A stretch of DNA of 63,574 nucleotides from Phoronis australis. Its lineage: Eukaryota > Animalia > Phoronida. The notes under the pieces were generated by a model, which worked only from the letters and a program-made list of their open reading frames with translations, was not told the DNA's origin and made no database searches. The stretch is taken from NCBI GenBank assembly GCA_002633005.1, contig NMRA01000019.1, positions 1,741,018-1,804,591 on the forward strand. Direction: 5' to 3'. Of this stretch, positions 13,642-27,530 are shown piece by piece; the first letter of the stretch is position 1; every line of letters begins with the position of its first letter. The position numbers were made by a program, and so were the translations under genes.

Positions 13642-16600
13642 TCAGATGCAACAATATTGATAAACGGTACATAAAAATTTGCTAACGTTTCCTAGGAGGA
13701 ATTCGTTGAGAACGAAGTCAAGGTTAGGACTACCATTCAGTAATAATGTAACTCTAGTAGGGATATTATTGCAAGAATTGAGAGCGTTAACAATTGATAG
13801 GTTATCATTGAGTGCACGAAAGAGTGAGTCTCTAAGGTATTCGATGAGGGGACATTTGAAGAAAATATGAGGATAAGATTGATGGTCACCACATTTACAG
13901 TTTGGAGAGACATAACTAAAGTTGTGCCTGAACTTGTCAGAGTTGAGGAAAAGGCCACATCTTGATCTGTACAATGTATTTCGTTATCGCGGGTAAGGGA
14001 GAATTGAGTCAAGGGTGTTGAGTTATCAAAATTATGAAAAACAGTTCTAAAATTATTTTATACTCGTAAAAGAGTTGCTTTCCTTAACAGAGACTGGAAG
14101 AGAATTCCAGTTGTTGATGCACATCATGACTGTAGATCTTCTGAATGCTTGACTGAACGACGGAGGAATTGCATATGGGGTGGAGGATCTCAAATCACTA
14201 CGATGGTCTTGTCTAGTATATAGATCAAGTATTTTTTTGACAGACACGTTGTTGACATTGTTTATTACCTTGAAAGTAAATGTGGTCATGTGAAAATTGC
14301 GTGGACTAGACAGTTTGGGCCACTTGAGACTATTCAAAACCTTAACACTATTGGATCCCCTGTAAGCTCCAGTTATGAGTAAGGCGGCTTGATATTGTAA
14401 CTTCTCCAAATGTTGGAGTGCACCCGCATTGGCAGACTGATATATAATATCACAATAATCAATGTGTGGAAGTACAAAGGATTTGAACAACACTTCTAAA
14501 TGTGTAGAATTCAGATGACGAGAGACAAGCTTAAGTGGGTTAATTAGTTCCTGGGTTTTTTGTACGAGCTCCCGAACGTGAGGGGTGAATGAGAGCTTTT
14601 CATCTAACAGTGTACCCAGATGTCTGTGCGACTGTTTTCTAGGAATGATGTCATCATTAAGTTTAAGGTCATAAGACGGGTCAACAAGGAAGAGAGCATT
14701 AATGGATTTGGAGAAGGTGAGGTCAACGCTTTTTTCTGGTTTAAAATTCATTCTCCATTCTTGTGACCAATAGCTTAGTTTATTTAAGTCATGTTGAAGA
14801 TGCAAAGAACATTCAGGGCTGCTCCCTGCGAAGGGGTAAATAAGCGCCGTGTTATCTGCATAAAGGTACTGTATGTGCTACATGACAGGTTATCAGGAAG
14901 GTCATTAATATAAACCAAGAAGAGAAGAGGGCCCAATACGCTACCCTGCGGTACACTTGCGATTAAATCCTGGAGGGGATAAAGTTGAAAGTACGCAGTC
15001 GACACTAACACTGTATGCTCTTTCGGAGAGATATGAGGTAAGTATGTTTAAAAGATTACCAGTAATGCCATAGGATCGAACTTTGTGAAGTAGAAGGTCG
15101 TGAGGGACACAGTCGAAAGCAGAACCTATACATGTATCTAGAGAAATGGATCTGACACTCTCGCCCTTCTCAAAATGTAAATGAATCTAATGTACTATTT
15201 CAACAAGTTGTGCCACGGTGCTGTTCCCATGCAAAAAAACAAATTGACGATGATAGATCAAGTTGTTTTGTTTGAGAAATGTAAGAATACTTTGAGCAAT
15301 GATCTTCTCTAAGATTTTGGACAGGGTGTTAAGTAAAGTTATTGGGCGATAATTTGAAATTTCAGTTTTGGAGCCTTTTTGTGAATAGGGACCATAATTC
15401 CATGTTTCCAAGAAGACGGATAAATGCATAGCTGAAGAAGTTAAACAGATTGGTCAGGGGCATCGTAATTTCGTTGGCAATCATTTTGATCATCTTGCTG
15501 GTTATTAAAGCTGTGCCATCATTCTTATTGGGGTCAATTTCATTGAGATACTTCCGGACATCAGTTTGATTAGCCGGGATATCAGACAGTTGATTGAGAC
15601 AACGTTCACGAAGAAAGGGAAAGTTACTTACTTCAGTTGGTGTAATGTTGCTTTTGTTCTTGAAAAATTTGAGAAACAAATCATACTTGTAACTACTACT
15701 TGAGGCTAGGTTACCATTGTAGTTGATGCTGGATAGGAGGATTGTTGTTGACTGCCGCGTATTTTATTGATGATGTTCCAGTATTCTTTGAATTCTTGCT
15801 TGCGCTGTTAATTTGTTGAAAAAGCTTGTGTCCGTGATCAGCTTTGGCTTGATTTACTAAAGTTTCAATCAGACGTGACTGCTCATTGTATCTGTTGTAG
15901 ATTATAGTGTTGTTAGATCTTCTGAAAGAGATGTAAAGTCTGTTTTTTGTGCGGATTGCCCGTTTAACATTATTGTTGAACCACGGTTGGCTGTTGTGTT
16001 TAATTACCTTTTCAGTTGATGGGATGTTGTTTTTTAAGATTTCATAGAGAGTACTAGTGAAGAGTGAAACAGTGTCATCAATGTCGCCAATGTTCAATAT
16101 GGAATCCCAGTCAGTGTTGGTGATATCCTGACGCAATTTATCGATGTCAACCTGATCATATTTCCAATTAGTTCGAGTGGGGGGTTGTTATTTAACCGGT
16201 TTTCTAAGTGTAAGAGTGGTTTCGATTGTGTGGTGATCAGAATTGCCAACAAGAGGTAGTACAGAACATGAGTCAATGATACTCAAATTGTTTGTTATAC
16301 AGAGGTCAATACATGAATGAGAAACGTCGGTGATACGGGTTGGTTCATTAATTAGTTGTATGCAGTCATTAGACAATAAAATATCAAACAATTGTACTCC
16401 GGCCGTATTGTCATGATCATCATTGTACCATGTAAAGTTTCGGGCATTGAAATCACCATTTATGATTATACTAACGCTATTGCGGTTAAGTTCCGCTAAC
16501 TGGTCGGCTAGGGCTTTGAAGTAGAGTTTTCTTTCAGTTGGAGATTGAGAAGGTGAGCGATAAAACAACCCATAGTAAATTTTTCTGTGACCGAAATCAA

Positions 16601-17123
16601 TTTCGATCCAGCAGTTGCATATCTGAGGACAAGTTAAGCTAGGACATAATTTAAATGAGAGTGTGTTTTTAGTGAATAAGATGATGCCACGGCCACTGTT
16701 ACAGTGATAGGCTACACTGTAACCAGGAATGATAAGTTCATTATTAAGGGCGTCTTTGGTAACATTACAAGTTTCACAAAGAGCGACAATCATATAATCG
16801 TAAGACAGAACAAAATTTTGTAGAAGTTGGAATCTGGAGAAATTGTTGGATTTAATGCTGTTAATATTTGAAAATAAGATTTTAAAGGTAGTATTGTCTT
16901 CAGGCCCAGGATTTTCTTCTACATCGCCAGCTAAAAGGAGGCCCATGCCAATGACGATTCCGTTATCCATACAGGTGTTATGTAAACAATGGTAAGATAC
17001 ATCAGTAAGCTGAACCCGCATAGCGTAATATCTCATTCGATGCCGGTGAGAAGAATTGAACTGTGACCATGAAGGGGAAAACATTGTAAGACCAGAGAAA
17101 CTCACACTACTCGTGGCACTCAA
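13642..17123 (-). pseudogene. LINE ORF2 (APE endonuclease + reverse transcriptase), frameshifted, with N-terminal 2A-like peptide
   Basis: APE motifs NINS, ALCET, GDFNA, IDL, SDH. RT motifs NYRPITLL, VPQGSVLGPLLFLVYINDL, HLG. LLLAGDVEENPGP precedes APE. Confidence 0.92.
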
Positions 17124-18554
17124 AGGATATTTAACAATTAATACACCAATGCTTGTTGAAAATTCAAGGGTTGTTAAATGAATAAGGTAGTCTCGACAAT
17201 TACGGGAGTCATTTAAAAAAAAACAAAATTATAACTTAGGCTCGCTTACAGGTACATAAATAGCAACTTAGTTGAAAAGTACAACATATAAAGTCAATCT
17301 TGGGAAACCAGTTAGTTCTGTTGCAAGTGAATACAGAACATAATGATTGACCTAAAGATATGTACAGAAGGAATATGACAAAAAAGCAACGGGAAAAAGA
17401 AGGTGAAAGATAAGAGTTTGAACACTCAAATTCGCTGAAGAAAACAAAAAAGATGTATTGAAGACCTCTCACTATGGATAACTTAGCTGTAACACGTTTT
17501 ATAATTGATAAAAGGCTACGAGTTCTTACCACTATAGGCCACCCGGTAATGACTGATCAGCTCATGTGTTCGGTGGTGTCTTCTGAATTGAAGTAAACTT
17601 TCTCACCAGTTTTCACAGGGATTATTTCAACTTGAAACTCATTATAAACAAAATTATGGTGACATACAGTGCTCAGCGTGATTTTTTCACGGGCAATCTA
17701 AAACAGTAATAACTAATTAATGATATGGGGAATCATTCTGAAATCCACAACAAAAATCATATGTAGTTGTAGATTCTGCACCTGACTGACAGAGAACAGA
17801 ACAAGTGCCTAGAAATTAAAATCAATATTATGGTAAGTGAGAGGTGTCAATAACATGACCGAACAGAAATGCCAGACAAAATCAGTGACGTGTAAATTTA
17901 TCCTGGCAGACAATTTGGTATGGAGTTGTCCACAAAATCAACGTTTTGAGAAACACAACAGTCAGAAAAAAATAATAATTATATAAGGGACAGCCACAAA
18001 GGCCTGAGCTCACATATAAGAATCATTGTCTTATGTGAATATCATGCAATGTACAATTCCGTCACACATTCAATTAAAATGTGGGAAACATGTTTGAACG
18101 ACAACCAAAAATACCACATTAATGCATACTGTAGGCGGTTGCAAAGATACTATATCACATTTTTGGTAAGGGTGCAACTGGGAAACAGTAAGAGGCAATA
18201 AGCAGCAAAACCCTTGCTCCAACCATGAATGATTTAGATGCAGATTAAGAATTCGATGCATTACCATTTCTTGTGGTCAGTATAAGGTCTTGTGATCGCT
18301 ACGGACCTGTATAGAGTGCACCACCACTGATAGAGAAGTAACTTGAGCGTGATCTGGTATTACATAAGGGAGAAAACTGAATAAATATCAGTGGACAGGA
18401 CAATTACCTGATCCTGTCAAGACATGGGGGTGGGGTGACTGAACGCAAACAAAGTGAGGGATGTCACCAGTGAGTAATTGGATATGAACTACTATAGGAC
18501 GAGAGAGCAGAATACAATTTAAACTTCACAGTTTTGTAACACTAGAAGGTCATT

Positions 18555-19131
18555 TTATGAGGAAACCTGCTTTATCCTGTTATCATGCAGCTGTATTGTT
18601 ACGTTACCGTCATGTGTCCACGTTTTAGCGATGGGACAGGACCGCTGTTTCGTGAGATTTTCATTGATTTGGATCTGGGATGGTAAGTTCAGTTTGCGGA
18701 GTAGACTTCTATTGTGAAGGAAAGCAGCTCTGGTATTATAGGACACAAACTTACAGATGATAGGGCGATCTTTTCGCGAGTCTCTAGCTCCATGTTTACG
18801 TAGTTTGGGCCCGAGTCTGTGGAATCTGCTGATTTGTTGGGGGTTTGCGTCCCACGTCGATCACAATGTTGTCAGTGGCTCCAGTTTTTTCATTTACAGG
18901 CTCATCGACTACATATATAACTATATTATTGCGGCGCGAGTATTGCTCTAGGTTGTCTAGATTTGCTGACAAATTGTTGACTTGCTCATTCAATCGCTGT
19001 ATTTCTTTGTCTTTCTGTTTAAGGATGGACTCGTAGTAGGCCTTTATATCATCCAGCGCAGGCTGGAATAGTTGCTCATGGAGTGTTTTAATAACTTGGG
19101 GCGAAGTCAGCGCTTCTTCGAACTTTTGCAA
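18555..19131 (-). pseudogene. LINE ORF1 (coiled coil + RRM-like), disrupted
   Basis: Coiled coil followed by LEQYSRRNNIVI, then INENLT and TWTHDGNV motifs typical of CR1/L2 ORF1. Confidence 0.85.
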
Positions 19132-19469
19132 TGTGGCTCATTTGAGTCCGAATCACACAGGGGCGGGTCAAGCTGACGGAAGTCAAGGGTTGTTTGAGTA
19201 AGTTTTTTTGCTCTGTCATTTAAGGATGCGCTATCTTTGCTTGCATACCTCTTTCTTGGTTCGTCATCATTCATCGTGGGTGAAGTAAAAGATAACGTAA
19301 GACTTAAATACAGAAAATTATTTGAGAAATCTTCAGCACAATTTCAAACGCACATCTGGCGGGAAACAGGTCACTCAGTAAAATTCTATTGCATCTTCTT
19401 AAAAAGAACCCCTGGAAGTAGACTTGAACCAATCTCCTGCTAATTGGCTCATACGACTATGCACTTTCA

Positions 19470-20520
19470 GAACTAACATCTGTCTGAGTCCCGAGGTAAC
19501 ACACACGGTGTTCCCCAGGGATCCATCCTGGGACCTCTGTTGTTTTTGCTTTTTATAAATGATCTCTCTTTAGTCTGCGAAAACACGGTTGACATGTATG
19601 CAGATGATATTGCTCTTGTCTGTTGTGGCAAACTCGCTGATCGATGTAAAGGACAGACTCCAGTCTGGTCTGGATAAGCTTGCTACTTGGTGCACTGATA
19701 ATAAAATGGTAATTAATGCTGCAAAAACAAAATGTACGAGTATTGCCTCAAAGCAACGGCATAGTAGAAATATTCTTGAGCTTATACCTTGCTACTTCCA
19801 ATGTACGCTTCAAATATATTGACAGTGAAAAGTTCTTAGGTGTTACTGTAGACAAGACCCTCAGCTGATCTAGCAATATAAATAGGACTGTGTCCAAAAT
19901 TAGGCAGCGCCTTGGTCCTCTCCGGCGTATATCACCATTTCTTCCCACAGAAGGGCTTCTGCAATATTTCAGCGCTTGTGTATTCCCTCTGTTCGCTTAT
20001 TGTAGTACAGTGTGGTCAGGATGCAATGCAAAATTAGTTTCCTCTTTATTGAAGGCTCAGAAGCAGGCGGCCAGACTTGTTCTAGGTGTGCTTTTTGACA
20101 CTCCGTCAACTCATATGTTTAATAAACTGGGATGGCTCCCTGTTGACAAATATTTTATATATAGGCGTCTGTGCATGATGCATAGGTGCTTTCACGGTAA
20201 TGTACCGACTTATCTATCTTTTAATCTCGTACTTTTTCGAAATAGCCACAAGATCAGGACAGGATTTTCTGCCTCAAACAATTTGGTTTTGCCCAGACAC
20301 GGAATATCGTTTTATTCTAAGTCCTTCTTTATTCAGACCATCAAACAGTGGAACAATTTGCCTAATAGTCTTAAGAATGCTGACTGTTATGATAATTTCA
20401 GACACCACCTCATCAGTTACCTGTGGTCGTCATAGATGTCCCTCCTTTTTGTCTTTCCAATATATTTACCAAAAAAAATTATTTATTTATTGATCTTTAA
20501 TTCAATTTGTTTATCCAATT
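19470..20520 (+). mobile_element. 5'-truncated L2-type LINE (RT C-terminal half)
   Basis: GVPQGSILGPLLFLLFINDL at ~19505, YADD at ~19597, KFLGV, and ORF 19890-20435 (YCSTVWS...QKQAARLVLG...LGWL). Confidence 0.88.
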
Positions 20521-22879
20521 TGTAAATACTTTGTATTCAATGTATCTTATTGTATCTTAATTTAGTCTGTTTATCTAACTAATACACAACGTACTTGTTG
20601 AATTTCAAGTGAATGTCTCAAGCTCATAGATTTAGCAAGGTCTAACTCAATATTTTGAAATTCTAAAAACCCGTGTTTTCACTCTACATAATAATTATAT
20701 TTCTTCCTTTGCCACTGGACAAAGACAATAGGAACCACAAGAACAATTGACTCTTAGAATGTTAAATAGCACCTTAATGTAACAGAGCGAATCTAAATTT
20801 GAAAAAATGCAACATTTTGTAAAATATATGGCACCAACAGTTTTCTGCTTTCACACTGAGCATCATCACAAAAAACCAAAACTTACAACAACGTGTAAAA
20901 CAACTCAAAATTAGAACTGAGATTTCGCAAAATATTTACTGTATTGTGAAATATGTTTTGCTGAGCGTGCAAAGTACTTGATAAATACAACGAAGAATTC
21001 CTATTCACATGCACAAAACTATAAGTGTGCCTTGACTATACTGTACTTGAAGGGTATTCATTTTTAATTTGCTCTATTTAAAAGCTATTCATTTTTTATC
21101 TTTTAAGATAATAAGTTGAAAAGTTTAAAAACTTTTGTACTGCTTGAACCTCAGTAGTTATGTTTTTAGGTCCCATTAAAAATCGTATTTCATCTCAAAG
21201 TCCATACAATGCGTCCACACACTTGACTTTTGATGAGATGTGTTAAGTGTCATCGGGGTATAAAGAGCTGCAGCAACAAAATATTGGCTGCTAGCAAAGC
21301 AAAACCCAGGTGTGACTCTAAATCCTTAAATGCAGGCCATTCAAGTTCTAATCAGCACTTGAGGTCCACCCACTTTTTCGAATACAGACTTGTTACTCTC
21401 GATAATCTTTTGGCCACCACTGGAATTGAGGACTGCCACAGTAGTGTTGGTGGTTGGCTCTCAAGAACTTTCACTCGCCATCTGAGTTTCACTTCATCAT
21501 GCATATTTTCGAAGTCTTCGGTTGACTAAAGTAAATTTGAAACTATTCTAGTTAGATGAGATCAAGTAAATTTGTAGGATTTTTCATCCATTTTTGTTCA
21601 GTAAATACAGACAAGCTTTGATTACTTAGTTAATAAACCATAAAGAAATTTAGAATTGCATTTTGGAGAAAATAAAGACGTGATCTCACGGCTTGGAAAG
21701 TATTGAGAATTTGTAATGTCGTTGTTTCAGACTTGGCTCGCAAAATAGATTTCTAGACATATCATTTTAATTACAGAGCAACTTGTCGCGAGTTAGCACC
21801 TTTTTGCAAGACCAAAATTCACTTCTATTCTCATCCAAGTTGATTAAACAAGTTGAGCTCAATTTTAGGGTGGAACTTTTTGAAAATACAATATTCTTTC
21901 TTCACAGGGACACAAGTTGTTTAATGCCTTAAAGAAAAAAATGACCCCCACATTAATTTTTGCAAAGACTAAACATCTATTTTCAAACCCATTAGAGAAT
22001 CATAGCAATTTAGTTGATAAAAAGACTTTGAAATCAAGGTAAGTTAGGCCTCTGTTTAAATTACAGAATTACACATACTCTAGCGCTGAAATTTAACTTA
22101 CATTTGATCAGAGATGTATCATGTTTATTTCCATTAACTACCACAGAATCACTTTAAAAAAACAACTCTCAAAACTACTTACTTAAGAATAAAATATGTT
22201 AATTAACAGTTTATCAATATAATTACAGTGTTGAAGTCAAAACCTACCAGCTCCATCTTTGCTGAACCCCAACCGTTTAAAATTCGAAATGCCTGTCAAG
22301 GGCTTGCATGGATATTTCACTTTACAGGAATGTAACCATGACAACCAATTATTAACACATGTTTGAAATAAACATTTCAAGAGGTGCAGTTTGCTGATAG
22401 CACTCCTAGACAGTTCAACATGTAGCTGAGCTAGCATAAAATAAACATTTGGAAAACCCTTAAGGCATAACAACTAGGAGTAAAATATTAGTGACTCTTC
22501 AGTTGACTATCAAATGATTTTAGACAATGTATCTGGTGGGGATGTTTTAATAGTTGGTAAGTGTAATATAGCTTTCTGTAGGTCAGTCTAACTTCTGTGT
22601 AGGAATGATCATAAAACATGCACATTTGCTTAGATTTAGTCAAATATTTTCATGTTTTTTATAGAACGATTCCTTTTAATGATGTGTTTCTTATTCAGTT
22701 TAAATGCTCCTGACCAGCTCTCATAATGAATCAATGACAACTTTCGTTGTTTGTATTTGCCAGTATTTTGCATTTCATTTTGTTGAACCAGGCAATTAGA
22801 CACAAGTTACTCCCTGTTCAAGAGTGTCATGTAGAACCTGATCTGGTAAACTAGACCAGCTAGTTGGGATCAGGAATAC

Positions 22880-23275
22880 TTCTGACCATCGTTGACTATG
22901 GTCGAAAGCGTAGTTAACCACGGTTGCCTCTTTATAGACCAATTAAAGGCAACAATGGTTCATTTTGGTTTGACCAAGTTTGACCATGGTCAGATGCCAA
23001 ATCAACCATGGTTGTCCATTTTAAAAATGGGCAACCATGGTTGACCGTGGTTTGACAGTGGTTTGGCCATGGCTGACCATGGAGCGAAGCATAGACAACC
23101 ATGGTTGACAATTTCTGGAAAAGGCAACCATGGTTGAGAACGGTTTGACTGTGGTTCACAATGGTCAGAGGCATGGTCAAGCACAGTCAACCTTGATTTA
23201 ACCATGGTTGAACAATGGTTGACTGCGCTTTACCGTGCTTAACCATGATAAACCATGGTAACATTTCGCAGGCGT
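22880..23275. repeat. Array of palindromic (A)ACCATGGT(T)/GGTTGACC motifs, probably a non-autonomous TIR element end
   Basis: Many CCATGG-centred units, with ~65-bp higher-order repeats (23000-23065 vs 23095-23160), ending in CATTTCGCAGG. Confidence 0.7.
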
Positions 23276-23322
23276 ACCCTGGTTGTTAAACCCGTGCGAC
23301 GATGTTGCCAGCAAGTACTTAC

Positions 23323-23421
23323 CTTGTTTCTTATGTCTACGCTGGCTCCTTTATCCAAAAGCAGGGCGACGATCTTCAAGTTTCCTCCCAAAGCTGCGTA
23401 ATGTAGAGGTGTTGACCCGTT
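23323..23421 (-). CDS. Canonical ankyrin repeat exon (NGSTPLHYAALGGNLKIVALLLDKGASVDIRNK)
   Basis: Exactly 99 nt / 33 aa, tag acceptor, gtaagt donor, phase 0/0, near-perfect ankyrin consensus. Confidence 0.95.
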
Positions 23422-25789
23422 CTACGAATTACATAAACGTTTAATGATAACATTTGCAGACCGTTTGTTATTGAAAAAAAACATAATTCTCAACAAATAA
23501 CCTGAGCATCGTGCAATGAAGTTTTGTATTAAAAAATGTTTACAAATAGAGAAATTTTACAAAAACAGAATATATGTTTGACTGGGAGCATATCTATCCC
23601 CCGAATGTGCACTATGTACTTCTCTGAGATTTTGGCTAGGGGAGCTTTTAAAAATTATAATTCACGAAGTCCACAATTTGTTGTTTCTCTTCACAGAACT
23701 AGCAGGTCTAGGATACCGTATGGGGGACTATACAGACGCGATTTCCCAAAGGCAAATGTTCAAATAACTCCTAAAAACGGTATGTTGACGGCTTTCTTTG
23801 GTCGTGTCCTAAAAGAAACCTCTGCATCCCCGCCGCTCCCTTCCCCAAACAAAAGAAGAATGAGTGTAGTGTTGCACGCACAGGAATCAGTGGTCTAGTT
23901 TTGAGAATTTAAGTTGCAAGGTAAACTCTATAGCTCCAAAGGTGTTAATAGCAGTTCTATGAAGAATGCACAAGTTTTCAGCAGATCCAGGCCCCGATTT
24001 ATAGAAAAAAGAACTGGTGGTATTGATGTAAGTAGAAGAACTTTGACAGAACATTGTTTCCATCCAAAGACGACGTTTGTACAAGCTTAATTCAAACTGA
24101 GGCAGCTACATGTAATTCAGTGAATACAATCCTAATCTGCGGACATGTTGGAGACGTTTGCACTGCAGCACCTGTCACTTTGACTAGCCTATCTCCCGAC
24201 GTCCCTGACTAGGTTACCATTGCCAAGATGCGTTTTAATAATAGCCTACTTCGATGATTTTATAACCAATCTTTAGTTAAGTAGAATATTATCCATGGTG
24301 TGTGCATTCCGACAAACATCTGTAAAACTGATGTTAATGGCATCTGAAGAAGATTTGAACTAACTGAAATAATACATTTTCGGAAAGTAGAAATCCTGTT
24401 AGTAAAATTTGGTGTTTTACTTTCAACCTATCTCACATTGATAGGACCACGTGATCGTGTCATTTCTGTGCATTCACAAGAAAAAGAATGACAATGGCGT
24501 TAGCGAACTTCGCTTGAAAAGTGTTCAAGAGGAAATCTCAAAAAAATTTGTTACGGTTCTCTAAATTATCATTTTGTTTTCATTTCACGGAACTCATGAT
24601 TTATTTTCAGAAAAATTGCAAAAGTTCCCACTCAAAAGTGACACGTTTAAGAACAAACCCTGATAGCGTCTTGGAAAATAGTGCATAAAAAAGGGTATCA
24701 GAAAGATTCGTATCAAAACCCATCATGCAGTGTTGAGATATGTTCCGATGTTAACCACACCTGAACATTTTTCAGGGGTACATGTACAACATAACCTTAA
24801 CAACGCGTGTGAATTCCCAACTACATGTAGCGTATGCATGCATAATTATTTGCCATGCCTTGGACACATATTAATACATTGTAAGCGAAACGTCTTGATC
24901 GATGACAGACAAAGACAACGATGACGATGACGGTGGAATTTGGTAATGAAATTCATGAAACTTAATGACAGTAAAGTTGATGATATTGTATGGTGACTTT
25001 GGCAGTGCTGCTGCCAATAACTGGGTATGACGGAGACGGCGTTAACGACGCCAACAAACATGATGATTAAAAGTTCACGAACGTAGAATTATTCGGCTTA
25101 CAGGTTTCTACCGGGATTTGCTGTAGATAAGCTCACGGGCGTGTATTCGGAAAGTGAAACATTTCAGGCGTTTTAGTAGCTCCAAATAAGCGCCCGGGTG
25201 TTCTTTCGGAAAAGGGGACGGCTGTCAACGGAAATCACAGCCTCAGCTGACTGAAAATATCAGCGCTTTTTATAAAATTGTGCTATTTAATTTCGATTTT
25301 AGGTTAATAAATACAGTTTCCAGCACTTTGTTCGTTTTTTATTAAGGATAAATGCACAACAAAATTGAATTTTAGGCTAAAAATTGTCGCTGAGTAGGGT
25401 TTTAGGAGCACCTTTTCCGAATGAACATCCTGCTATCTGGGCACTTGATACCAGAAGTTTTAATACAAAAGAAACGCCCATGGGCATATGTGTTTGATAT
25501 AATGTTCTGAAAATGGGCGCTTCATCGGGTGGGCTTATCCACGGAAAATCCATTTCTGGCACGCTGTATCCTTTGAACCAACGTTAAGTCCGTGTTGGCC
25601 TGTTGACGGTCGAAAAAACTATAACGAGGTAAAGCAGTTGATCACAATCGCTCCACAATTGCACAAGTTAGTTAATTTATACAGGCCCTACAAGAACGAG
25701 TCTGCAGATTTACCTTGTCGTTGGCACCGAAGTTTCAAGTTATCTCGTTCAGTGAGTGCACTGGTTCCAAGTCCAAAATATCCATCTGA

Positions 25790-27530
25790 TCTTCCAGATC
25801 ATCGTTTGTTATAGTGGTAGAAAAAATTAATAAATAAACTACTGGACTTACGATTACATAGAGATGGCTACGTTACGAGGACTTCATCACGTGTCACGTG
25901 TCTCGTCATGTGATCCACAGCACAGTTTGCGCGGGATCCTCTTCAGTGCCCTATCCCACGTCCTTGGCAATAGAAACCTCAGCCCCCCCCCCTCCCCGTC
26001 TGTTTAGGCTAGGATTCTCAATTCCCTCATAAATAGCTTCCTTGACACCTCTCGTAAACCAATTTTCTTCTCTATCCAGGATCTTGACATCTTCTATGTA
26101 GAAAGAGTGGTCTGTGACCGCCATATGACTAAAGGATTCAGAATCATAGCAGTCCCCATAACTGGGCCTACGATGTTGGTTGAAACGACTTTTCAGGGTT
26201 TGTTTGGTTTCCCCAATATATGCTTCCCCACACCCTGGTTCTGAGCATGAAATGCCATACACCACATTTGATTTTTTTCTCTTTCGTGGTCTTATCTTTC
26301 ACATTCAACAGATGACTCCTTATGGTGTTAATTGGTCTATCGAAACAGAAATATCGTGGCCCCACATGTAAGATTTAACCTGGTCTGAGATCCCTGGCAC
26401 AAAAAAGGTATTGCTATCCTGATGTTTCCCTCTGTTGTCAGGCTGCGTATTCTGAAGTCCGACTCCGCAAAGGTTTGCCTGGTGGAATGACCATTCAGGA
26501 TAGCCACATCTCTTTAATACTGTTCTGTTGTACTCCAATTCCACATCGATGCCTTCCTCCGTGTTGGGGATGGATTTCGCACGATAGTCCAACGTCCAGT
26601 TTGTGTATCAAAGGGTGATTGGAGTCAAACGGAAGGTAGTACTACGTGTGAGTGGGCTTCCTATAAACCTTAGTTTTAATACGTCTGTCTATAACAGTCA
26701 CTAAACAATCCAGGAATGGCAAAGAGTTGTCTCTAGATTCCACTTGAGTAAACTTGATTTTGATATCACATTGATTAATGTTTTCGAGGAACCCTATATT
26801 TTCAGAATCTTTTAGCACCACCAAAGTGTCATCTACATACCTCAGCCAGAGTCTAGGTGGAACTCCATGATAGGACGCTAACGCCTTCCTCTCAAAGTTC
26901 TCCATGTATATGTTAACCACAATGGAGGAAACAGGAGAGCCCATGACACATCCATTGGATTTGATGTAGATGTTCCCGTCAAAAGACCAGTAAGTGGACT
27001 TACGTGTTAGCTCCAGTAGCTGGCAAATGTTATCTACCGATAGGGTTGTTGTGTCACTCAGGGAATTATCCTGCTGTAGGTGTTCCCTCACAACAGTTAA
27101 AGCGCCATTGGGGTACACACGTAAACAGTGCACTCACATCATAGGAAGTAATGCTATCGTCTTCTTCTACCACTAGATTTTCTATGTACTTAACGAATGA
27201 CTGAGTGTTCTTTACATGGTGTCGAGACAGGTCAAGCAGAGGCCATATGATTCTCGAAATAAATTTAGCGATGTTGTAAGTGACAGAACCAGTGCAGCTT
27301 AGAATCGGCCTAAACAGACAGGGGAGCCTGAGGTTTCCATTGCCGAGGACGTGGGATAGGGCACTGAAGAGCATCCCGCGAAAAATTGTGCTGTGGATCA
27401 CATGACGAGTCACGTGACACCTCAGTGGCCTGATGAAGTACCCATCTCTATATAATCACAACTCCAGTAATTGATTGATTAATTTATTCTACCTTAATTA
27501 CTGAACTGGATGACTGAAAACATTCACCGC
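25790..27530 (-). mobile_element. Penelope-like retroelement (RT + GIY-YIG), decayed, with inverted 3' pLTR copy
   Basis: RT motifs MGSPVS, LRYVDD, LPFLDC, VYRKPTHT. GIY-YIG VYGISC...YIGET...RGVKEAIY...LNR. The 3' end is repeated inverted at ~27315-27530. Confidence 0.92.

Larger units (their letters stand above)
13412..19372 (-). mobile_element. Full-length, inactivated L2/CR1-group LINE
   Basis: 10-bp target-site duplication ACTCAGTAAA (13402-13411 and 19373-19382). Contains ORF1, APE and RT remnants, a 3' stem-loop, AATAAA and a short A-tail. Confidence 0.92.

Noticed and set aside
25714-25785. Exon-like segment ending GACAAG|gtaaat in both units
   Set aside because: In-frame TGA and poor acceptor.
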